A DNA stretch of 52,765 nucleotides, the filler included, from Sphacelaria rigidula (lineage: Eukaryota): assembly GCA_964200075.2 (NCBI GenBank). It is 4 parts of 4 records of this genome, joined end to end, with 100 filler letters (N's around TTAATTAATTAA, not from the genome) between each part and the next. Parts side by side here need not be neighbours in the genome. Positions count along the whole stretch, not along the records: positions 26,435 to 39,550 come from CAXNAA020003142.1; positions 39,651 to 52,765 come from CAXNAA020003143.1; 2 more parts are not named here. One strand, given 5' to 3'. Positions within the stretch are counted from its first letter, which is position 1, and the number at the start of each line of letters is the position of its first letter. Below, piece after piece: positions 36,216 through 47,920 of this stretch. The notes under the pieces are model-generated. The model made no database searches, had not been told where the DNA came from, and saw only the letters and a list, made by a program, of their open reading frames with translations. The translations under genes were made by a program, and so were the position numbers.

Positions 36216-39200
36216 CGTGAGCTTAGATGGGGTGTATTAATTTCTTGCTCTCAGTGTGTGACTTCTCAGCCTCTTTGGGTTTGGTTTAGGGTCAAGTATA
36301 AAGAGGTAAGGACTCGATTTTTGTGCGCGGGCGATAGAGCAAGCGACTAGTCAACGACGAGTGGCGATCCCTTCAAATATTATGCCCTCTTTCCGGCTGT
36401 ATCAGGCAGCAAGGTGCATGTGGTGCGTGATGGTACTGTGAAACAGTGTAAGTAATAACTCGTGTAACCACTCTTCAACATGTTGGAGGTGGACGATCGA
36501 TTCGGGGAAGGGAGTCTGCATTGGGGTAGACTTCGATAGTATATATAGGGCTGTGTACGAGGTAAAACCGCCTGGAAATGGGTTAACGATCTCGCAGCCA
36601 TGTTTCATGGACACAGACGACTTGGACCAAAATCCGCATATGATATATATCGTGTAAACAAGCCAAAGGGGCCCATCCGCTCAAAACGCTCGGCCAATTT
36701 TTTGTCGATGGTTGAACTTCATGTCTACTAGTTGACTAATTCCTGTCGTGCGGAGATATCGCCATACGACAGTCAAAATATAGCTCCGAACGATATATAT
36801 ATAAATATATATATCGGTGATGATACGATTTTTGGCGTGGACATTCCCGGGGGCACGGGATGTGTATGGATACCCTCCCCGTTACGAAATCCTGCATCTA
36901 TCTGGAGATATGGGGCACATGAGATTCTTTACTGAAATCAATACACCAACAGCAGAGGCACGAAATGCACAAATCTGGGTTTCATATCTCAGTCTCTCAG
37001 GCGAACTTTGAAATTTCATGTGGAGAATCGCTTGTGCACAACGAAATAATCCTTATGATTACGGTTACGGTTACGATTATGATGCTTATGATTATGATTT
37101 TGATGATCATTTTATCAAATCAAATGTATTATTGGCCTAAATGTCTCGCCACTTATTACTGGAATCAAGCAAGTCGTGTGGTTTTGGGGTCCATGAACCG
37201 AATCATCGATCCTTCTCGGAACAGTAATTTGCACTTCCCCAACCACAAGCACGCCCAAGTATGGCCAGAGCGTAACTGTTCTTCCACGGAACAGCATCAC
37301 ATATGCCGATACCCGATTTGTTTTGATAACAAAATGTTTTGAAAATTTGAACAAGAACGGGCGCATGTCACTGCTACCGCCCGTGACATTTACTGTTCGC
37401 GGGCAGAGCCCGACTATCACACCCACAGGTTCTGTCTTCACGTTTCCTTTTGCATGCACGAAAACGCACAGACAATAGCACTGTATTTCCACGGCGCAGC
37501 TCACGTTTCCTGGATTAAGTGTCATTCTTTGCAAGCGCTGGGATCGAACAGAGCGATGTCGCACCATCAATCATTCATGGAACAATAATCCGTGCATAAA
37601 GAATATCTCTTCCGACAGCGAGAGTACACACACACATATCTGTGCAGTATAAAATCAAGATAAGAGCGCAGCGACTGTACACCGACATAAAGGGTCAACA
37701 ACGACACATTTTCTCCAACAGAAAGGAGAGTGTTTTGAGAATCATTTATGGAACAATAACCGATGCATAACAGGAAGCCGGGTTGCCTGCCTGCTGATTT
37801 TGTACTACCAGCTATAGGCTGTTGGTGATGATTCGGCCACCTGTGTAATTTATCTGTCTGTGTCGTTCGTTTCGCTGCCCGTGTGCATGCCATGTTGTGT
37901 GCTGCGCGCGCGATATGATGCGCCGTCTATGTTGTGCAGGGTGCAGTGAAAACTGTATTGGTTGCCGGCGACAGTACCACTCAGACTGCGTACACTCATG
38001 TTACACTGACTAAACAGGCCGCCAATCCAGTACGAAAGTACTTGTAGCCGATTTTTGCCGTGTGTGTACACGTTGACCGGCGCCCGCCCTTCCTGCGCCT
38101 GCTCTTCCTGCGCCCACATTATCTTCCATTACCTTCTTCATGTGTCACCACTTATCGAAACTACACACTTGGCTTGTGGCGTGGTGTGGCTATCCCTCTA
38201 CCGTAGGCAATTGTGTACTGCATGTTCCATCATGTTTCATCATCGCTTGGGTTATGAACACGCCACTGTTAATTTCTCTCCCGTTTCCAACGGAAAGCGA
38301 TCTTCAATACTGGAAAATGTGGTGTCTGCAGCGTGTATGGATTTCGAAACCTTGAACAAACGGGATCCGGAAACGCATTGTACGGACCCCAAATCGGCCC
38401 AAATCGTGGAAGCTCAGATTCGTTTGTCACGATTTGAGAACGGTTTAACACGAATTTGAGCGCAGATCGGTGGAAAATCGAGGTTCCCCGGATCTGTAGC
38501 AACTGATGCTCGTATGTTGACGTTCAGTGATACCCGGGCAACAGGCGTTTGATATTTTTGCAACAACAGCACCAGACAGTCTCGTGACAACACAGACGGT
38601 GCCTGCGAGCGCCGGCTGCTAGAGCAGCTCCGCACGGGGTTTGACAAGAGGATAAGAAGTGTTGACGCGTACCCTGCGGTGATGGTAAGATTATATGCTG
38701 CACTGTGCTGCTGTATGTATCATCATAGCGAACGGTACTGTAACTATCCATCTATCATAGGCACTCTGCTCTCGCGGTTGTTGCAGGGTGATGAGTGACA
38801 CTGCACTCGTGAACTCGTCTTGCCGCACACTGTGCACTATCCATGCAATACCGACTGTACCATCATATATTACCACACGGCATTATCGTGTACTGTGATT
38901 GTGCAGTGTACTGCATCGCATCATACCTTAGGGTACCACGGTACGACGCTGCTCTTAAAGGATGATTCCCTGCCCGCCTGTCCTTCGGCTTCATTGTGAT
39001 ACCACACCCGTCGAGAAAATGACCGTTCGTGTACAGGACAAGTTCAACAAATCTATGAAGCCATGAAGCCATACAGGGGTACACACAAATCTGAGTTTCA
39101 CGAATCTGGGTCCCCCCGATTTGGCACAGATTCGGGTCCCGCCAGATTCGGGATTGGCTGCGATTATAAATTGGTCTCATTCCTCGGAATTGTGTTGGGT

Positions 39201-39550
39201 TGTGTGGTAAGCCTTTGCACGTGCCCCTGTCTACCAGAAATGTATATTCCCCTTCAATGTGTCCGAAAATCCTTTTTCAAAACAGGACTTAAGGAAGTGC
39301 AGAAGAAGCACTTCCTTAAGTCTTCTCTAAAAAAAGAATTTCTGGGCGAATTTCGGGGATATTTCTGGGAGGGCGGGTGGTATCGCAGCGACCACTCAGC
39401 GATCGTGTAGGCACGTCGGCAAAACCCTGCACAGTTCCAATTTTTGTATTTTTGAAAATTCCATTTTGTTATTTAATTCCAAATAACAGCCGATCCTAAT
39501 TTTTGGGGTTGAAACAAAATATGAGGTTGAAGTCCCATCCCTTCATTGCA

Positions 39551-39650
39551 NNNNNNNNNNNNNNNNNNNNNNNNNNNNNNNNNNNNNNNNNNNNTTAATT
39601 AATTAANNNNNNNNNNNNNNNNNNNNNNNNNNNNNNNNNNNNNNNNNNNN
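39551..39650. other. Assembly gap with linker
   Basis: 100-nt N run with ttaattaattaa. Confidence 0.97.
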
Positions 39651-42600
39651 GCGTGTAACAGTCCTAAATCAGCAATAACATACAAATGACTCGCGTCGCG
39701 CAGCACGAAACCAGCTCTAACGGCATTTATGATCATCGCCTCCATGCACTTTTTTGGCCGGTTCGGGGGGGGGGCTATCGCGGCAGCAGTCAGAAACGAG
39801 TTCCAGAAACTGCACGCATACTTTCTTTATTTGCTTCACTGATACGTAGGCAGTATGAAGCTGAAGAAGATTGACGACTATACCACTACATCCAGAGAGT
39901 GAAAGGTTGAACTTTGATCAAACGTTTTGCATAAGCGGGTTGAAATGTCAGCGGTCCCTGACAGTGTGGGTGCTGGACGTCTACAAGCGATTGTGATGGG
40001 GGGTAGTTTCACCATCTACGAGTTGTACGCAACAATCGAAAAAAAACGTGCTTGAGAACGTCCAACCCGAACACGAGGGAGCATCAAAGATTCTGGGGTA
40101 CGCTGTACGATAAATGAACGGAGGTTTCAATTCGATGTCAAGATACCTGAGACAAACTGTCTCGTCTGTTTTGACGTGGTAACATGGAAATCGCGCTGAA
40201 TTCATGTGTTGATGGCACTCAGTTACGAGTTGTCGGGTGCATGCATTTATTTGTACGAGTGTAGAAAACACAGGCACGCACGGGTTCGGGACATGCCGTC
40301 GTCGGGATCGTGTTTACTCCGTTGGAACAAATTGTGCTGGAGGTATTATTGGTACATCATGGTGGATGTATTCGGAGTTGGGAATTGGACTTCTATTAGT
40401 GGTCGATACGCTGAAGCCACGAGTCTTGGGGGGCGGCTGTTAGTGTAGGCCTTCTCAGTACAGGATACTGCAGGGCATAATGTTTGGGGCTACTGAACGC
40501 GGTGGGTACTGACTGGGGAATATATTGTCAGGTGGAAATAGGCTTCAGTTATTCTGTACTATCAGGCATCTCTCGTATTACAAGCATATTCTTGCATAGC
40601 GAGGTGAGCATACCACGTTAACCGTATAAGGGACTACCATGTTCCAATGTATCCGATTCCGTGTGTCGGAGTGCATCGTCTGGGTTATTGTGCTCCTGTT
40701 TGGGACGTTGCAGATGCAGTATGTCTTGCTCACATCAAGGTGGCGTGCGCGCAGTGTGACACACCGATAGTTTATGGACACACGGTTGCTACCCAGACAT
40801 TTGGTCGCCCTCCATTGACCTGTTGACATGTCTACGTGAGTTGAGGCTACAGACCACCAGACAGGTGTGAACAATTCATAGAAACCACCGTATCAATAAA
40901 TTCTAGAAATGGTGCTCATTACAACTACCCGATGCTGAACTCGATTGTCATGGTCTGCTACCGAAAACCATCGAGTAGTCCCTCTTTTGATGAGTCTAGC
41001 CACGTCCGGTGTGGCGCAAATAGGCTCGAGATTAACCAAAGTGCATGAAGGCATCTTCAAATGTTACTTCGGATTTGAGCTTGTGGTGGTTTCGACCTCT
41101 GGATCATTCATTCGGTGAAAAATCGCAGTGTGGTTACGACAAGACCATGTCAAGTCGATACGATCTGGGATGGCACTACCGCGTCGTGTCGCCGTTTGAG
41201 CACGTTGAATGTTTCACCCAAATTCCAACCAATTTCAAGTTCCTTCGCAGTGTCTTTCCGCCCAATGGTAATCTCATTCATCATGCGAACTGCGACGAAC
41301 CGTCACTCGATCAAGATGTGAAGCTCCATTTTCCCCTTACATATCTTGTGTTTTCGATATCAGCATGTTGACGCGGTGACCAGCATTGCACGCGATCCAA
41401 CTGTTGCCCAGAGGTCCAACCCACCCCGATGTTTCGATTCGAGCTACTTGCGACGTAACAGGTTCTGTGCATTTGTTGCAGCTACTTGTTGTCGACGAGG
41501 CTACTCATTATCCGCCTGCACTTTTTAAAAGCACCGGTGCGTGTGGGAAAATGGGTTATTGAATCATTTCTTCGATATATGTCACATACAAAATCGTTTC
41601 CCACCCGCTGTCAGGTGTTAGGCTACACCGAGTCACTGAGTCAGGTGTACCGCACCTGAACGTTGTCGCCAGTGTCAACTGTAAAACGTCACGGGACGTT
41701 GCCGTATGTTGCCGTTGCACATGATCTGGCAAGTGTTGCTTAATATCTGGTCAGCTTGAAATGACAGCACCAAAAACGACATCTTGATGGTGTATAGAGC
41801 CACCTTGTCAAACCGTTTCGACTCATGTCTGGTATTTGTAGTCGTATCAGTCTTTGTTGCGATTCAGATTCGGTGTTCATCAAAAACGATGGTTGTTGGC
41901 GTTTACGTGTGCGTACTTACGAAACGAATAATATATATGATGTAGCAACGAAGGATCGTATACCAATTTCCTAAGAAACACGTCACCACGACGGAATGCC
42001 GCGGGTCGATCATCATATGCATGTTTGATTTCATTGATTAATTTGACTGATCGTCGCATATCATCTGATTCCCAAAGAACCAACTGTGGTGACACTATAG
42101 ACGTATCCAAGGTGCACGAAACGGACTCATCGAAGCATAGTAAAGAACAGAACAGGAAAAAATCTGAAAATGATCGACCTCCGCAGCATGTCTTCAGGTG
42201 GAATAGGACTTGCGCACAAGCACATGCATTCATACTCAAACGAAAAAAAAACAGACGTGGATCGATTGAGGCTCATCAAGCCGGGCCGCACTACTTTGGG
42301 TAGGGGCCCTCACCCATGAACCCTATGGGAGCGAGGCACCAACCTGCGACTTGTATATACTGGGAGGAAAGAAACGCGTTGAACAAGTTTGGCTGTAGAA
42401 GCAGGGGATGCCGTAAGACCGACAGAGGACCAAATGTTGATGCTCTGGATGCCCAGAGTGAACCCCCTCGTCCATGTGCCTTAATCCGCGATACCCCAAT
42501 GTAAGCTATGTAACGCGGGAAAGATGGATCTATACGAGCTGGGCCAGCCTGAAAACGGATTTAACCTCTAAAAGCAATATCTCATCGACAGACAAGTTGG

Positions 42601-43225
42601 GCCGTGATCCGCATCCAATTAAATCCAATCCAAAGTATTATTAGGCTAAATGATCCCCCGCTGGATACTGGAATCAAGTAACTCGTGTGATCCTTCTCGG
42701 AACAGTAAATTACATCAAAACCACATTGTTTACTTTCAAAAGACCAAGAGACCACACATAGCGAGAGCCAAAAAAAATAGTAACAGAATAGACGTTTCGA
42801 AACATTGTTCACTTTCAAGAGACCAAGAGACCACAAACAGCGAGCGCCCAAAAACAATAGAACAGAATAGACACCCACATAAAGCACTTGTTTACTTCTT
42901 GGTAGTAAAGGCTGCCCGCGGTGACAAAGTATAGAGGATCATCACAATAGTCGATTGAACAATTCATGCAAGCTATAAAATGCTCGCCGCTTTTTCACAA
43001 CAAACAAAACCCCAATCACTGCTCCGTCTACACACCGCCTACTGTAGAGTCATGTTACAACTGAATCTTCTCACCGCTTTATTGCTTGCACAGACACAAT
43101 GCCCGCAGACTCCTGCCAGCTTCGCCCCCACTGTTCCAACATCGAACGGCATTTTCTTCACTAGCGCTGGTGGTGTTGATGAAACACCGATTTGTTTTTC
43201 TTATTATTCTGCGGACTTCGTGGTT

Positions 43226-43950
43226 TTATGGTGAATCTCCAATGGCTATGTTGAATCGAGGGGACGGCCGCGGGGGAGGGGATGAATGGGTGGGCGGGAA
43301 AGGGGATGACTGTGTGCGCTGCGAGGGTGAGGCCTGGTGCAACCCCCACCCCCACCCTCGCCAACCGGCACCGGCAGCACCATGCGCCGTCGATGGCGGC
43401 GATGGCGGAAACCCCAGCTCTTCTCCAGCCTTGTCTTCCACCATTTGCGCGTTCATTTGTTTACACATCCCCGATAACAGCTCTGCTTCGCGGGGAATAA
43501 ATTTCATCTCTTTATACATCTGGGTGTTGCCTGCACCCTCTCCTCCTTGCTGAGGCCTTTCCACCCAACGTCCATCATCGCCAGGTGAATAGGCGCTAGG
43601 GTCCGCGCCACCGCTGCGGCGCAGGCCCTCCGCTTCGCGGCGAGTCCGCTCACCGCTACGCCCTCCGCCTCTATAATTTCCCGCTTTCGAACCGCAATAA
43701 CTCGATTCCGTTCCATTTTTGCTTTCATCTGGGCGTCTGCGGACGGACCCTCGGCAGATGGACCCTCGACACTGGAGACGGCCTCATTCGCGCTGGAGAC
43801 GCGCTCTTCCGCACTGGAGACTGACCCCTCGGCGCTCGCCACCGACCCCTCGCTCCCCTCACTGCTCCCGCGGCTTTGTGCCTCGAGGTGGGCCCCCTCA
43901 CTATCAACCCCGCCATCGCACGTCCTTCCCGCGACCACGTTATTGCTCAT
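43226..43950 (-). CDS. Unknown ORF (one frameshift near 43560), divergent from the Helitron RepHel
   Basis: GC-rich coding-like frames 43504-43950 and 43226-43564; 21-nt tandem units (SSAEGSV-like); motif KMERNRVIAVRKR. Confidence 0.45.
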
Positions 43951-44982
43951 AGTTCCCGCTTTCTACCCATGGCCACTGTACGCCTCGCTTCTGCTGTGCT
44001 GCATGTGTGGTTGTGGGGGGGACTCTTATGGGCTCCACATCCGAGACCGGTCGTCGTGAGTACGCCACTGTTTTTATTTTCACAGTTTCGGCAAGAGGCC
44101 ACAACATAAGGCGGAACAGTATTTGAAAATATCACAGAGCCGTACTTTGTTCCTGCTCCGCGCCCACCGAACATGGGGATCCACGGAGGGGCCTTGTCGT
44201 GAATTGGCATCATTTGAGGAATTTCTCAGTTGCAATTATGCCGATTGTCGAAATGGCAAAATTTACCGTTCAACACCCCCGATTCGTGAATCGGAATCAG
44301 TTTCACTCTTCTTGAAGGAAAAAAAGTGTCGATGCTCAAAATGACCGTCAGTCACCCTGATGAATATTATTTTCCCGCATAAGTTGAAACCCCTATCGTA
44401 GCGTCACCAAATATTTGTTTTTCTGTCCTCTCCATAGTAGCGGACCGTCACGTTCGACGCAACACGTCATGTCCTCTGCGGCTGAAGATGCGCGGCGGGC
44501 TCCGAGGAACGTCAACGAGCGAGGGAACAATCTCGAGCCCAAAGCCAGACCCGCATGGATGCAAAACAGAGAATGATCGACTACGGCGAAACTCAGCTTT
44601 ACAGCTCAGGCAAGCGCGGCGAAACGCCAAACAGGCAGACGACGGTCGGCTGGGTCGCCGCCGATCGCCGGTCGGTGCCTCCACTGTACACCGTAACAAT
44701 ACGCCGTGCTGCACTCGAAGATACGCTGGACAATCTGTGGCCGCAGCACACGCTCGGCTAGCGCGACGAGTGTGACACTTGTCATGGGCTGCTATGGATA
44801 GGTGAGGACCGAGGTCACATCCTTCAATTAAGAGTGTTTCAATCACGACGTGACACATAGCCGTTTTCCTTTTCCCCTGCACATGTTCGTCCGCACACGA
44901 ATGTGGGAAAATACGATTTACTGGAGGTACGTCAAACTCGATTGCTGGGTTTTGCATTAACTTTTGACTTTTGAAGTGGAAG

Positions 44983-45275
44983 TGATGGCAATTCATAGGT
45001 CAAAGGGTCTCATCATCCGATGATTCGCCGCAACTTCCGCTTGAACAAATGTAACACAAGTGTTTGAAGGAAACCGGGAATCGATTTGAGATATCTAAGA
45101 CACTACCTGATAACCTCGCCTACGGAAAAATGGGAAGAATAAATAAATACTGTAGTCAGACTGATGGCAATTCATAGGTGGATCTGACCCGGCAGTCAAA
45201 GGGTCTCATCATCCGATGATTCGCCACAACTTCCGCTTGGAAAAATAGAACATAAGTATTTGAAGGAAACCGGGT
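44983..45275 (+). repeat. ~90-110-bp direct repeat pair in Helitron intron 1
   Basis: tgatggcaattcataggt..caaagggtctcatcatccgatgattcgcc..tttgaaggaaaccggg at ~44983 and ~45162. Confidence 0.85.
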
Positions 45276-47848
45276 TGGCCCAGTATGTTGCAAACACTAC
45301 TTTGGGAATTTCGTGTATCAATTCCTGTCGGCTCCCCTACTTCACAGCATATATGGCGAATCGCCTGCGAGAAAGAGTCTACGACATCAACGCAGTTTTC
45401 ACATGGCCGGAGTTGCCCCACCGATTAACATACCGCCGGTCGATATATGTAGTGCACGATACGAAAAGCACCGTGCGCCGCAATTCACGCTATTGTGCGA
45501 CATCACCCCATCCAACGGTGTCTATTCTTTTTCGTAGGAGGAGGCGAAACGTCTTCCCTTTGTTGCGGCAGAGGAAAGGTCAGACTCTGGCCACTACCGG
45601 GCAGCCCACCACCGGAACTGGCTGAGCTCGTGTCTCCGGCGAACCCTCTCTCGCGATTTTTCCTCACCAACATTAGAAGAATGAACACCGCCTTCGCCTT
45701 TTCATCCTGCGGAGGTGCGAGCGACTCCCTTCAATTACGCCAGTTCCAAACCAACGGTCCATACAATTTTGTTATACAAGGGCAGTTTCATCACTACCTC
45801 AGCAGCGTCCAGTCGCTGCGCCGAGACTCCACCCCCCGCTACAGTCAGATCTACTTCTACTCCGGCGAAGATTAGCAACTGGGGTATCGCCTCAACAATG
45901 TTTGGGAGCTTCGAGCGGGCGACCTTCAACGCGCGGCGCAAAGGGTGCAGAGAGAATCTCTCGTGAACACAGATATGCCAGAATGTACCTGTCTGCGTCG
46001 GACAGACTACAGCGGGCTGGTGGTGCCGTGAGACCAGGGGGGCGTCTCTTTTTGCGCGCCGAACAAACACCGGATCCCCGGCGCTACAACGCGACGGCCG
46101 CTCCACGTGAGGTTGCCGCCGTGATCCCCGACGCTCACGACCGACATTACTACATTCGCGATATCGTCATCCAAGACTTGCAAGGTAATTTGAGGAGGAT
46201 TTGCGAGAATCATCCCTCTGTAGATGCCCTGTCGTACCCCCATCCTCGACCCTATGGGTGAGTGCGGGTACCACAATGAGATCCCCCAGCACAGCGACGA
46301 TCCTCTGCGTCTGCTGCAAGTTAATGCGCTGGGGGAAAGACATCCGCGAGGCGGCGCCGCCGCCGGCGGGGCGTGGCGTATGGTCTCCAAGCGAGAATTT
46401 ACTGCATACCGCCTCACGTTCAGAACACAACAGCGGGCGGCCGCAGTCGGCGCACCTCCCCTACCGCTCTCCAGCATGCTTCACGTCGGCGGCAGGCTAT
46501 TCCAGCAGTGGGTAGTTGACTATGGATGTCAGATTGAGCACGAAAGATTGCAGTATCAACGAAACAACCAGGAAGCCCCTCGCTGTCACGAGCGCCGAGG
46601 GCTCAGCGAGGCCCTGCAGCAAGGCAATCACCCCAGCGATGTTGGCCGGGCTGTCACCGTCCTCTCCCCCAGTTTAACCGGTGGCCCCCGGGACATGACC
46701 CAGCGTTATCTTGACGCCATCGCCATCGTCCGTCACTTAGGGAAGCCGGACCTCTTTGCAACCTTTTCGTGCAACTCAAGTGGGTTAGGGGTAAGTACTC
46801 TTGGATTCAGCACTTGGTTTTTTTATGTCGTCGACGGGTGGGCTTATGGGTTGTTGACTGTTTACTACATTGTTTTTGCTAATCATTTCATTAAACCGAG
46901 CGAGTGCCTGATTGGCCAGTGGACTCTTCGAAGTATTTTCAACACGATGTTGGCTACGATACAAAATCCAAGATTACATCACCGTTCGTTCATTTCTGTC
47001 TGCCGCGACTCCTTGCAGGCTGGCCAGAGATCACAGAGGCATTGCTCGAAGGACGGTACCCCAGCGATCGCCCCAGCATCGTCTCTCGCGTTTTTCGTCT
47101 GAAGCTGAGAGCTTCAGGAGATGATATCCTGAAAAAAGGGTACTTGGGCAGAGCCGTCGCCTGGGTTAGAGTGATCGAGGTGCATCTCCCGAGACTTTTC
47201 GAAGGAAATAGTTGGCGTCAGCTCCTATATTCCCCGCCTCTCCCCCTCCTGCACGCAGAAAATCCGTGTGCTGTGTGATCACCGTTGACTGTGCACCCAG
47301 CGACGCCGTCGTTGATGACTTTTGCCCACGTGCACTCTCTGCCACGTTATTTGTCGCACCTGTCACGTCTGCCCAGTCCCAGAAACACGGTCTACCCCAT
47401 GCCCACATGTTGATCATGTTCGCACCGGAGGACAAGCCAACTCCGGATGAATACGACAAGTACATTTCCGCCGAGTTACCCGACATCCGCCAGCAACCGC
47501 CAATTTTCCACATCATGGCCTCTTCCTACATCCATGGTCCTTGCCGCCCTTCGTGCATGAAAGACGGCCAGTGTTCAAAGCGATTCCCCCGACAACTCCC
47601 GAAGCAGACTACCGCGGCGGAAGACGCGTACGTCGAGTATCGCCGCCGCCAGCCCCCTTATGACTCCATACTGGATGTCTCTGTCCATGTAGGTGAAAAC
47701 CGGCCCAAAACGTACCGGGTGGAACCTCAGGGTGTGTTCCTCAAAGGCCGGTGGGTGGACGACACGTGGGTGGTTCCATACAACCCTGCTCTAACACTGA
47801 AGTATAACGCTCACATCAACGTTGAGCTCTGCGCTTCGGTGAAGAGTT

Positions 47849-47920
47849 AAGTACAGCTACAAGTACGTCTACAAGTACAGCTACAAGTACGTCTACAAGT
47901 ACAGCTACAAGTACGTCTAC
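47849..47920 (+). repeat. Perfect 3x24-bp tandem repeat (KYSYKYVY) in the Helitron Rep
   Basis: aagtacagctacaagtacgtctac x3. Confidence 0.95.
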
